Positions 1 through 8,174 are shown, counted from the stretch's first letter. The stretch is DNA of 64,000 nucleotides from Candidatus Peribacteria bacterium RIFOXYB1_FULL_54_35 (GCA_001787755.1 MFYJ01000007.1:146585-210584), one strand, 5' to 3'. Notes: generated from the letters alone by a model not told the origin. Translations and numbers: made by a program.

Positions 1-17
1 AATATCGGACGCTACGC

Positions 18-2402
18 ATGAGCCTGATCGACAACATTCGAAAAAATAATCCTGTGCTTTCCTTCGATACTGTTCTGGAGAAGGCGCAGAAGGTCATTGA
101 CCGCATTGTGTTCGCTTCATTTTGCGAGGATGTCGGCCTCTTGCCGGAAAACAAGCTTGCTGAAGTCGTGGCATACACGGAGAAAGGAGGGTTGGACATG
201 CCGATTTGGGAGATTATGAAAAAATTCTTCGTCGCTATCGATAAAGGCAGTGAGAAGATGGAAATGCCGCATGGCTACAATGGCGAGCTCTTTAAACCGG
301 ATGCGGTGCTTGACGCTCTGACGATTGATGATGAAATTTGCCGCGAGTTTGTGCGCATCGGGCGTTTCGATTTCCGCGAAGACCTTTCTGCAAATATCCT
401 CGGGCATATTTTTGAGCAGTCGATCACTGATATTGAGGAGATCAGACAGCAAAATGCACCAACAGAATCGACGCAAAAGACTTCAAAACGGAAAAAAGAT
501 GGCATCTTCTATACTCCGGAATATGTCGTGGACTTCATTGTTGCGAGCACGCTCGGCGAGTACTTGCAGGAGCTGGAGCGGTCATCATTGAGAGAGCACG
601 GCGTCAAAGAAGGTCTGCGAGATCAGAGTTACGAGAAGCGGGCTTTGAACGCCTACCTCGCGTACCGGGAACGTCTCCTGAAGCTCAAAGTGCTTGATCT
701 TGCCTGCGGGAGCGGCGCTTTCCTCGTGAAAGTGTTTGATTATCTGCGAAAAGAGCATGAGCGCATCGGAGGCATCCTTTTGGAATTACGCGGTGGTACT
801 GTGCTTGAGGAGCACGAAGAATCCGTGAAAATCTTCTTACATGAAAACATTTACGGCGTGGACTTGAATGCCGAGAGCGTTGAGATCACGAAGCTTTCAC
901 TATGGCTTAAGACAACACAGAAAGGGAAGAGGCTTGAAGACCTCAAGAACAACATCAAGTGTGGAAACAGCCTCATTGACGACTCCGAAGTCGCAGGAAC
1001 AAAAGCGTTTCACTGGGAAAAGGAATTTGCGGAGATTTTGAATTCGGGAGGTTTCGATATTATCGTCGGCAATCCGCCGTGGGGCGCGAATATCGACAAG
1101 GAGGCTGTGTGGCTTGGCAAGCATTATCCGGATTCGACGAAACACGCGAAGGACACGTACAAGCTCTTCATCGACAAGGGGTTGCAGCTCCTGAAGGAAA
1201 ACGGACGCTTCGGCTACATCGTCCCCAGCACGTTCCTCTACCAGCCGCGCTACCAGGACGTGCGCGACATCGTTGAGCGGTACCGGCACGGGGCCGTGAA
1301 TCTCGGCGAACATATTTTCGAGGGCGTCGATCTGCCCTGCGCCATTCTAGTCGTTCACAAACACAAGAAGGATAAATCAGCCATCGTGGACCTGACGAAA
1401 AAACCGCGTGGGGACATTCCATTTCTCTTGAGCAGCATCAATCTGGAGAACGAGATTGAGCGGGGTTCATCAGGTGACAAACTTCTCAAAGATACGGGGC
1501 TGACGTTTGACGATGTATTTGTATTGAAGGATGCTGGTATCAATTATCAAGCAGTGAATGTTGGAAAAGGGAAAAAAGGTGAAAGCAAATTAAGCTCGAA
1601 GTTGCTCTACTCTGGAAAGATTGGAAATCCATCCTTAGATGTCGAGTTCTGGAAGGGCGAAAACTTTCACAAGTATTCAATCGATGAATCAACGGAAAAT
1701 TTTGTACGAACAAATTATGAAGATTTCAAGGAGGATAACGAAAGGGTGATCCTTAATGACAAGTTCTTTTCAATACACCCAAAAATCCTCTGGAGACAAA
1801 CCGCCGACAGGATAATCGCGACAATTGATGAAAGGGGCATCTGGTTTGGACGCAGTGTTTTCGGCGGAGTCGTCAAAGATGAGTACAAGAAATCGGTGGA
1901 CATTTATTTTGCACTTGCGGTCTTCAATTCGGCATACATCGATTGTTTATATCAACGAAAAGTTTTAGAGACAGGCAGGATTTTCCCGCAAGTGAAACTG
2001 GCCTACATCAAGCCGTTGCCATTCGTCATACCGGACAAAGAAGCGCAGGATCGGATCGCAACACGGGTACGATCACTCATTGGGCTCGGTTCGTCGCAAC
2101 ATGAGAAACTCAGGCAAGTGCAGCAGTTACTGAAAGCGGAGTATCGCATGGAATCGATACCGAAGAAGCTGCAGAAACTCTGGGAGCTTTCCTTCGATGA
2201 TTTTCTCAAAGCCCTCAAACTCAGGAACGTATCTTTGCCGAAGAAGCAGGAATTGATGGAGTACTTCGAGCAGCAGAAAACGGCGCTCTCGACGGTCGCG
2301 GATCAGATCGAAACTCTGCAGAGAGAAATTGACGAGATGGTATGCGATGCGTATGGGCTGACGAAGGAGGAAAGAGCAATTGTTTTACGAAGCGCCACAT
2401 GA
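18..2402 (+). CDS. N6-adenine DNA methyltransferase, MmeI/Eco57I-like (type IIG/IIL-like enzyme or its MTase-TRD part); possibly 5'-truncated by the window edge
   Basis: 794-aa ORF. SAM motif I VLDLACGSGAFL and catalytic motif IV IVGNPPWG in gamma-class order. The N-terminal helical region (FASFCEDVGLLP, YNGELF, ILGHIFEQS) resembles MmeI/PglX-type enzymes. TaqI_C-like C-terminal specificity region. The frame is open from nt 3 up to the ATG at 18. Confidence 0.8.
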   Translation: MSLIDNIRKNNPVLSFDTVLEKAQKVIDRIVFASFCEDVGLLPENKLAEVVAYTEKGGLDMPIWEIMKKFFVAIDKGSEKMEMPHGYNGELFKPDAVLDALTIDDEICREFVRIGRFDFREDLSANILGHIFEQSITDIEEIRQQNAPTESTQKTSKRKKDGIFYTPEYVVDFIVASTLGEYLQELERSSLREHGVKEGLRDQSYEKRALNAYLAYRERLLKLKVLDLACGSGAFLVKVFDYLRKEHERIGGILLELRGGTVLEEHEESVKIFLHENIYGVDLNAESVEITKLSLWLKTTQKGKRLEDLKNNIKCGNSLIDDSEVAGTKAFHWEKEFAEILNSGGFDIIVGNPPWGANIDKEAVWLGKHYPDSTKHAKDTYKLFIDKGLQLLKENGRFGYIVPSTFLYQPRYQDVRDIVERYRHGAVNLGEHIFEGVDLPCAILVVHKHKKDKSAIVDLTKKPRGDIPFLLSSINLENEIERGSSGDKLLKDTGLTFDDVFVLKDAGINYQAVNVGKGKKGESKLSSKLLYSGKIGNPSLDVEFWKGENFHKYSIDESTENFVRTNYEDFKEDNERVILNDKFFSIHPKILWRQTADRIIATIDERGIWFGRSVFGGVVKDEYKKSVDIYFALAVFNSAYIDCLYQRKVLETGRIFPQVKLAYIKPLPFVIPDKEAQDRIATRVRSLIGLGSSQHEKLRQVQQLLKAEYRMESIPKKLQKLWELSFDDFLKALKLRNVSLPKKQELMEYFEQQKTALSTVADQIETLQREIDEMVCDAYGLTKEERAIVLRSAT

Positions 2403-3775
2403 AACCAGATATTACAATAGACGAGGCAACCGATCCGCGTACGTTGGCTCAGCCTCCTTTCGTCGAGTGTCCGCGATGTCATAAACAGACGAATGGTGTA
2501 TGGCACATTGGAGTGCGTTGTTATTTGCGTCTCTGTTCCGAATGTCCAATGCCGGACCCCAATCGTGGAGAGAAACCGGAAATGATCTCTTTGCCGAAGA
2601 TAGAAAAGAAAGTGATTTACTTGGATCAGCATGTCATCAGCAGCATGGCTAAGGCACTCAGGCCGGAGCTGCAGCGAACGCAGAAGATGGAGACTCGTAT
2701 CCAAGAAGACTGGATCAAACTCTTCCGGAAGTTGGATCGGCTGCGCCGCTTGCAAATGATTGTCTGCCCGTTCTCGATGCACCATCGGAGAGAGTCCTTC
2801 ATGGATGATCGGATCTATAAGTATTTGAAGACGTTGTACAAACGGCTGGCGAACGGCGTGGAGTTCTTTGAACCATTGAAAGTCCTATCCATCCAAGTGA
2901 TGCAGTACGCACGACACCATTTGGATCACTCGCAGCCTGCGTTCATCGACAATCCGCAAACCGTTGTTCTCGGCACCATCAACTCGTGGGAACGATACTC
3001 ACTGAAGGCTGGTATGCAGGACTACGGATGGAAACCCGAAGGAGCGGAATTAATGAGAAAACAAAACGCCGAATCCCATCGGATATTTCAAGAAATATAC
3101 GAACGCTGGAAGCAGGAAGGCATGAGCATCGAGGACCGAATCGAGGAAGAATCCCAAGGCTTCTCCAAATTCCTACTACAAAAAGCGCGGGAGCAATTCG
3201 GTATGCCCATCGAGCCACAGCTTGCTCAGCAGATCGAGGTAGAAATGGTGGACGACCAACATGCCTACATCAAATTGGTCGATGATGTGTACCAGCTATT
3301 CTCCGGTGGTTCGGCGATCATCAATCCCTCCCTCCTCCGGCACATGATTGATTTCTTGGCGGGTGACGATTTGAGAAAACAGGTGCCGACAATTCGGATC
3401 GAGCCGCTTCTCTGGGCGACATTGGCGAGACAGGCTGCTGCCGCAAAGGGGCGCAAAGAAGAAATTGATCATGGGGACTTCAATGATATTGGTGCGATTG
3501 CCAATATTCTACCCTATTGCGATGTAATGACAGTTGACAGAGCGTGGCATGGAAGATTGCGAGAGAATCCAGCCGCACAGGAAATGAAGAATTACAGGGC
3601 AAAGATTGTGTCTAGGAGCAATCTGCAGGAGATCATGGAGTATCTTGATCAAATCGAACGAGAGACTCCGAATCGGGTTCTGGAAGCTGTTCAGGAAGTA
3701 TGTGGAAGTCTTGAGGAGGAAGACCCCTTTGGTGAAGAAGAGATGAAACTGTATTCCAAATCGGTAAAGGACTGA
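2399..3775 (+). CDS. hypothetical protein with N-terminal four-Cys zinc ribbon and a possible split PIN-like nuclease signature
   Basis: In-frame ATG at 2399 forms an ATGA overlap with the MTase stop (2400-2402). CPRC...CSEC near the N-terminus, then KKVIYLDQHVIS, and DIGAIANILPYCDVMTVDRAW near the C-terminus. No family recognised. Confidence 0.65.
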   Translation: MKPDITIDEATDPRTLAQPPFVECPRCHKQTNGVWHIGVRCYLRLCSECPMPDPNRGEKPEMISLPKIEKKVIYLDQHVISSMAKALRPELQRTQKMETRIQEDWIKLFRKLDRLRRLQMIVCPFSMHHRRESFMDDRIYKYLKTLYKRLANGVEFFEPLKVLSIQVMQYARHHLDHSQPAFIDNPQTVVLGTINSWERYSLKAGMQDYGWKPEGAELMRKQNAESHRIFQEIYERWKQEGMSIEDRIEEESQGFSKFLLQKAREQFGMPIEPQLAQQIEVEMVDDQHAYIKLVDDVYQLFSGGSAIINPSLLRHMIDFLAGDDLRKQVPTIRIEPLLWATLARQAAAAKGRKEEIDHGDFNDIGAIANILPYCDVMTVDRAWHGRLRENPAAQEMKNYRAKIVSRSNLQEIMEYLDQIERETPNRVLEAVQEVCGSLEEEDPFGEEEMKLYSKSVKD

Positions 3776-3798
3776 TCCAGAAAAGCCCGCCGCTGGCG

Positions 3799-3818
3799 AA
3801 AACAAAGTTCGTTCCGAT
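3799..3818. repeat. 20-bp segment exactly inverted at 5416-5435
   Basis: AAAACAAAGTTCGTTCCGAT versus ATCGGAACGAACTTTGTTTT. The match breaks on both sides. Confidence 0.9.
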
Positions 3819-3874
3819 CGTTTTCACGGGCTCTTTTGCGGTTTTGCTGCGATGTCCGGCAAGTTTGTACGGTA

Positions 3875-3917
3875 GCGCGGCGGCTGCCCCAGCCCGAAGG
3901 TTTTTCAGCCGCCGCGC
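3875..3917. other. GC-rich hairpin (12-bp perfect stem, 19-nt loop)
   Basis: GCGCGGCGGCTG (3875-3886) pairs with CAGCCGCCGCGC (3906-3917). Only a weak T-run follows, so terminator function is uncertain. Confidence 0.6.
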
Positions 3918-3958
3918 CAGTTTGTGCGAAAATCGGTTCGGATTTTTTCGAAAGCGCT

Positions 3959-4037
3959 CCACCAATCACGAAATCCGCGCGAATGCGCGAGCACGCGCCA
4001 GCCGATCGCGGCTTCCCACTGCACCGCGTTCCCTTTC
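3959..4037. repeat. left copy of a 79-bp perfect inverted repeat
   Basis: CCACCAATCACGAAATCCGCGCGAATGCGCGAGCACGCGCCAGCCGATCGCGGCTTCCCACTGCACCGCGTTCCCTTTC is the exact reverse complement of 5436-5514. Confidence 0.95.
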
Positions 4038-4074
4038 GTACGCCAGCGGCGGGCTTTTCTGATACCCTGCGACC

Positions 4075-5550
4075 ATGAAAGTCATCGTGTACTGCCGCAA
4101 ATCCACAGAACAGGATGATCGCCAGATTCTCTCGATTGATGCGCAGCTTCGTGAGCTGCGCGAATACGCCGCAAAAGAACAGTTGGAAATCGTCGCCTCG
4201 CTCCGCGAGGCCAAAACCGCAAAAGAGCCCGGGCGAACCGAGTTCGCCAGAATGTTGGAAATTGTAGAGAAAGGAGGAGCAGACGGAATTCTCGCATGGC
4301 ATCCCGACAGACTCGCCAGGAACTCTGTAGACGGGGGGAGGATTATTCATCTTCTGGACACCGGCAAGCTCAAAGCGCTGAAGTTTCCCACTTTCTGGTT
4401 TGAGCCGACTCCGCAAGGGAAATTTATGCTCAACATTGCTTTCGGCCAGTCCAAGTACTACGTGGACAACCTTGCCGAGAATGTGAAACGCGGCATGCGC
4501 GAGAAAGTGCGCCGAGGCGAGTGGACGTGGCCTGCACCGCTTGGATACGTCAACAACCGAGAGGAGCGGAACATTGAGCCGGACCCCGAGAAATCGCCAA
4601 TCGTGCGCAAGGCGTTCCAAATGTACGCCACGGGAGCTCATACGCTTCTCTCGCTCCGAAACGAACTCACACTCCTCGGGCTTCGCACGCGCAAAGGCAA
4701 GGTGCTGCCGGTGTCCAATGTCCAGAAGATGCTCAAGCATCATGCGTACTACGGAGTCATCAGCATGAACGGGGAGCTGTTCCCCGGCGCGTTCGAGCCA
4801 ATTGTGAGCAGGAGACTGTTCGACGCAGCGCAGGAAGTCATGCACTTTAAGAGCAAAACCAAGCGCAGGAGAAAGCATGAGCTTCCCTTCACGGGCTTCC
4901 TGCACTGCTCAGCCTGCACCTGCGCGATAACTGCTGAAATCCAGAAAGGTCACCACTATTACCGCTGCACGCACAAGCGCGGTCCCTGCGACCAGCGCAA
5001 ATACCTGCGCGAGGAGGGATTGCTCAAAGAGGTGCGCACCATCGTCGAACGCGTCTCACTGCCCGATGACTGGGTGGACAACATGCTTGCCGAACTCGAC
5101 AAGGAGGAAGCCGAGGGAAAGTCAGATCATCGGACCTCTGTTCAGCGCCTCGAAGATGAGCGGAAGGGCATCGATCAGAAGCTCGATACCCTTCTTGATC
5201 TGCGACTGGAGGGGGCGCTCGATACCGGAGAATACCTTGTGCGAAAGAACGCGCTGGTGTCCTGTAAAGTCGAGATTGGTCAACAGATCAAGGATGCTGA
5301 ACAGAGTTGCTCACATTGGCTCGAACCCATGCGAGAGATGATTGTACGCAGTCGTGAAGCCAAGAAACTGCTCACGACGGAAAACTACTCGGAATTTCCA
5401 ACATTCCTTAAACGCATCGGAACGAACTTTGTTTTGAAAGGGAACGCGGTGCAGTGGGAAGCCGCGATCGGCTGGCGCGTGCTCGCGCATTCGCGCGGAT
5501 TTCGTGATTGGTGGGTCAGGTGGGATTTGAACCCACGGCCAATTGCTTAA
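4075..5550 (+). CDS. large serine recombinase (resolvase/invertase N-domain, recombinase domain, zinc ribbon, coiled coil)
   Basis: N-terminus MKVIVYCRKSTEQDDRQ with catalytic Ser context and HPDRLARN. Cys cluster CSACTCAITAEIQKGHHYYRCTHKRGPC. The ORF runs through the right 79-bp repeat and 42 nt into tRNA-Lys, stopping at a TAA antisense to the anticodon loop. Confidence 0.9.
   Translation: MKVIVYCRKSTEQDDRQILSIDAQLRELREYAAKEQLEIVASLREAKTAKEPGRTEFARMLEIVEKGGADGILAWHPDRLARNSVDGGRIIHLLDTGKLKALKFPTFWFEPTPQGKFMLNIAFGQSKYYVDNLAENVKRGMREKVRRGEWTWPAPLGYVNNREERNIEPDPEKSPIVRKAFQMYATGAHTLLSLRNELTLLGLRTRKGKVLPVSNVQKMLKHHAYYGVISMNGELFPGAFEPIVSRRLFDAAQEVMHFKSKTKRRRKHELPFTGFLHCSACTCAITAEIQKGHHYYRCTHKRGPCDQRKYLREEGLLKEVRTIVERVSLPDDWVDNMLAELDKEEAEGKSDHRTSVQRLEDERKGIDQKLDTLLDLRLEGALDTGEYLVRKNALVSCKVEIGQQIKDAEQSCSHWLEPMREMIVRSREAKKLLTTENYSEFPTFLKRIGTNFVLKGNAVQWEAAIGWRVLAHSRGFRDWWVRWDLNPRPIA
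5436..5514. repeat. right copy of the 79-bp perfect inverted repeat
   Basis: Exact reverse complement of 3959-4037. Its last 6 nt (TGGTGG) encode the CC-A-CCA 3' end of tRNA-Lys. Confidence 0.95.
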
Positions 5551-5585
5551 GAGGCAACTGCTCTACCGGGCTGAGCTACTGACCC
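5509..5585 (-). tRNA. tRNA-Lys (anticodon CUU), CCA encoded
   Basis: Minus-strand read GGGTCAG TA GCTC AGCCCGGTA GAGC A GTTGC CTCTTAA GCAAT TGGCC GTGGG TTCAAAT CCCAC CTGACCC A CCA (77 nt). Confidence 0.92.
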
Positions 5586-5592
5586 AAGTTCC

Positions 5593-5627
5593 AATGAAGA
5601 AGAAAGAACGGAGAATGAAGAATGACA
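5593..5627. repeat. five tandem degenerate heptamers (AAYGRMR), single arm, just upstream of the tRNA-Lys 5' end
   Basis: AATGAAG AAGAAAG AACGGAG AATGAAG AATGACA. No complementary arm found in the window. Confidence 0.55.
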
Positions 5628-6157
5628 GAGCTACTCGTCCCGCACAGGACACTGAGCTTGCCGAAGGGGACTGATGCGGGGCTGACCCGCTTCACAGCTG
5701 AAAAACCTTACCAATATCAGCCGCTGCGGTAAAGAATGCTCCCGAGAAAAGATCACTCTCCATGGCAGAGTTTGTCCATGAGGGCATCGATATCCATGGG
5801 CGGAGTATCTCCGCTTTCTGAAACAAGAGCAGCCATTGCTGCTTTGTTACTGTTTGCCCAGCCGTAGACCGGATCGGATGAGTGCGTGCATATCTGTCCG
5901 AATGCTGATTCCAGTTTCGGCCTTCTGTGGGCAAATTCTCTGTTCCGGTTTGCCCATCCGAAGGCTGGTTCATCGCGGAGGGACAGGGGTGATGGAGTGT
6001 TTCCCGGCATGGTGGTGGCAGAGTCTAGCTGGCTTGCAGATACATGCAAGCCTCTGCGTTCACCCGACTCCGTCCGCCGAAGGCGGACTTCGCCGGGTTT
6101 CGCAGATGAGAACGCAAAACGCCTGGGAAGATGCTCCGGGCTTCAGGCTAGGGAGCT

Positions 6158-6412
6158 TCACTTTCCCACATACGCAAATCGTTGCCTTCTTACTCCATCC
6201 ACCTCGACTTCTTCCCGGAACATGGAGAGGGGGCGTACCCAGAACATAGAGGTTTCATTCTTATAGAGAGGAACATACACCACCAGTTCCTCCAGCGTTT
6301 CACTGTGCTTTGCAACGCCGAGCACGCGGTATCTTTCTCCCTTGTAATGCTCGTAAATGCCTTTCCGAAGTACCTCAGTGGCCATCATCAGCAGTATAGG
6401 TGTGATCTCCAT
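6158..6412 (-). CDS. DUF1653-like small protein
   Basis: 84-aa ORF. GIYEHYKGERYRVLGVAKHSETLEELVVYVPLY matches the DUF1653 pattern as I remember it. Confidence 0.7.
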   Translation of the reverse strand: MEITPILLMMATEVLRKGIYEHYKGERYRVLGVAKHSETLEELVVYVPLYKNETSMFWVRPLSMFREEVEVDGVRRQRFAYVGK

Positions 6413-6925
6413 GCAACACTATGAGTGAGAGGACGGTAGGAAAAAAGCTGCTATAGCCTCGCAATTTTCCCTCTGCAGTTTTACACTGCCTTCCTTCTTT
6501 CCCCTCTTTGCGATGGTTTCCGATTCTGAACAGCGAGAAGCTTCTTCCCTGGTATCGGGTGCCCCCGCAAATCTGCTGCAGGGCGTTGCCGCGGAGGTAG
6601 TAGGTCTGGGTTTTGCGCTCCAGAAGAATGAGCGTGCGACAGATGATTCCCAGATGCGGTTTACGCGGTCAGAGGGGGGCCGGACAATCGTCGTTGGGCT
6701 CGAAAGGGGCTCGAAGAGCAACACCGTCTGGGTGTCTGTATCCACATTCGGTGTGGGGAGGGTGGCGGCCAGCGATATGAATCCGACAGAGGTGCAGGCT
6801 GATCGTGTTCCCTCGGTACTCTCCGCGCACCTCACGACGCACGGACTGGCGAATGCAGTCCAGGTTCAGGCGGAGTCCACCCTCGGAGGTTCTGTAGCGT
6901 AGCCTGTTTCTGCTACCATCCGGTC

Positions 6926-7360
6926 ATGGAACACTTACCCGACGAACACTCAAAGCGCTTCATTGCCGTTCTCAATAAGAAGGTGGAAGCAGGGAAATTA
7001 CTCAATGCGCTCGGCCATATGACAGCGGGTCTTACTGGCGGGTCGGGGAGAGCGGAAGAAATGTGCTTTCTACAGTACGAAGATAAAGATGGCGGGAAAC
7101 ACCCGAACATCTCCCACTTTCCATTCATCGTGCTCAAGGCGGAAAACTCCAATAAGATCCGGAAGGTCCGGGAGGAGGCGATTGCCCGCGGCATTCCCTT
7201 CACCGACTTCACGAGTACTATGACCGTCGGCACATCCCGGGAGCAGCAGGATGCAACGAAAGCCACACCGGAGGAGGAACTGGAGTACTACGGCATCTGC
7301 CTTTTCGGCGAAACAAGCGTTCTGCGGGAGTTCACCGGAAAGTTCTCGTTGTTTCAGTAG
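6926..7360 (+). CDS. DUF2000-like protein
   Basis: 144-aa ORF. KRFIAVLNKKVEAGKLLNALGHMTAGL ... FPFIVLKA ... TREQ pattern typical of DUF2000. Confidence 0.7.
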   Translation: MEHLPDEHSKRFIAVLNKKVEAGKLLNALGHMTAGLTGGSGRAEEMCFLQYEDKDGGKHPNISHFPFIVLKAENSNKIRKVREEAIARGIPFTDFTSTMTVGTSREQQDATKATPEEELEYYGICLFGETSVLREFTGKFSLFQ

Positions 7361-7497
7361 CACCTGCCTCATACGGCTTTGCGATAAGAACATCATCAAT
7401 GGCTGCTGTAATACAACTCGCAATATCGGCGTAGCGCTACGCCGATATTTGTTCAGCAATGGTGCATCAGAAATGGTGTTTATAATGCGAAGCCGTA

Positions 7498-8094
7498 TCA
7501 GCTCTCCAGACAGTGCTTCTGGATCGTTTTCCAGTCGAAGGGGAAGACGTACGTTTCCAGTGCGCGGACGATGGCCGCGAAGCACTGCCACACGTCATCC
7601 TTCTTATAGAGGAAGGCGTTCCCGCTTTCCTGCACGGGGTTGTAGTCGGTCACTGCTTTGGTTTTTGGGCCGATGGGGATGGTGCCGCTATGCAGGCATT
7701 CCTGGAGCTCGGGGGCCTCTGCGTCCGAGAGGAAGAGCGCCATGTCCGATGCCTTGAACATCTTCTCTATGGCTGCCGGCTTGTTCGGGATGATGGCGAT
7801 GCGGTGGTTCTGTTCCTCCGCGAGTCCCGTGATGAACGATCCGTACGAGGAAGATCCCTTCCCGAGGATGAGGATCTCGACATCGAGGGAGAGGAGTCCC
7901 GGCAGGAGTTGCTCGAACAATTTCCCTCCGAGTTCTTTTGTCATGCCGGTGGGAATGCAGATGACCGGGCACTTTGGTTCCATGGGCCAGCCACACTCCT
8001 TCTGCAGGGCCGCTTTTACTTTGGGTTTCTCGTTCAGCGTTCTCACGTCCTCCTTCGGTGCGGCAGACTCTGTGGTTACAGCAACTTTCGGCAT
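7498..8094 (-). CDS. glycogen-synthase-like glycosyltransferase, C-terminal half only
   Basis: The 198-aa ORF aligns by eye to the GlgA C-terminal Rossmann domain (KAALQKECGWP..., ILGKGSS..., FLSDAEAPELQECLHSGTIPIG). No N-terminal GT-B half lies upstream. Confidence 0.65.
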   Translation of the reverse strand: MPKVAVTTESAAPKEDVRTLNEKPKVKAALQKECGWPMEPKCPVICIPTGMTKELGGKLFEQLLPGLLSLDVEILILGKGSSSYGSFITGLAEEQNHRIAIIPNKPAAIEKMFKASDMALFLSDAEAPELQECLHSGTIPIGPKTKAVTDYNPVQESGNAFLYKKDDVWQCFAAIVRALETYVFPFDWKTIQKHCLES

Positions 8095-8174
8095 GGATGT
8101 GTGTTTGAAGTTATCGTCTTATTATAGCGAAAAACCCCTCCTCCTGAAAGAGGGGGCACCTTGCGGAAGTTCAC

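Larger units (their letters stand above)
3780..4059. repeat. 19-bp perfect inverted repeat pair (3780-3798 / 4041-4059) bracketing a 242-bp segment
   Basis: GAAAAGCCCGCCGCTGGCG versus CGCCAGCGGCGGGCTTTTC, exact reverse complements checked by hand. The pair lies between the upstream stop (3775) and the recombinase ATG (4075). Confidence 0.9.

Noticed and set aside
3691-4905. 404-aa minus-strand ORF antisense to the serine recombinase, plus similar long antisense ORFs (9629-10855, 11060-12616, 20013-21230, 44059-45699, 58445-59452, 50734-51525)
   Set aside because: These are shadow ORFs opposite well-supported genes in GC-rich DNA. Their compositions are Arg/Pro/Gly/His-rich and no motifs are present.
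5678-5685. GGGGCTGA as the 5' end of tmRNA; also a search for RNase P (GGAAAGTCC) and SRP RNA motifs in 5586-6925
   Set aside because: No matching tRNA-like 3' end (T-arm plus ...CAGCCCCACCA) occurs within about 400 nt on either strand. The only GGAAAGTCC-like hit (about 44323) is inside infB.
5633-5690. Possible second relic of tRNA-Lys 5' sequence (GAGCTACT and CTGACCC matches upstream of the gene)
   Set aside because: The matches are only 7-8 nt and could be chance. They are far weaker than the 16-20-nt duplications at tRNA-Val and tRNA-Pro.
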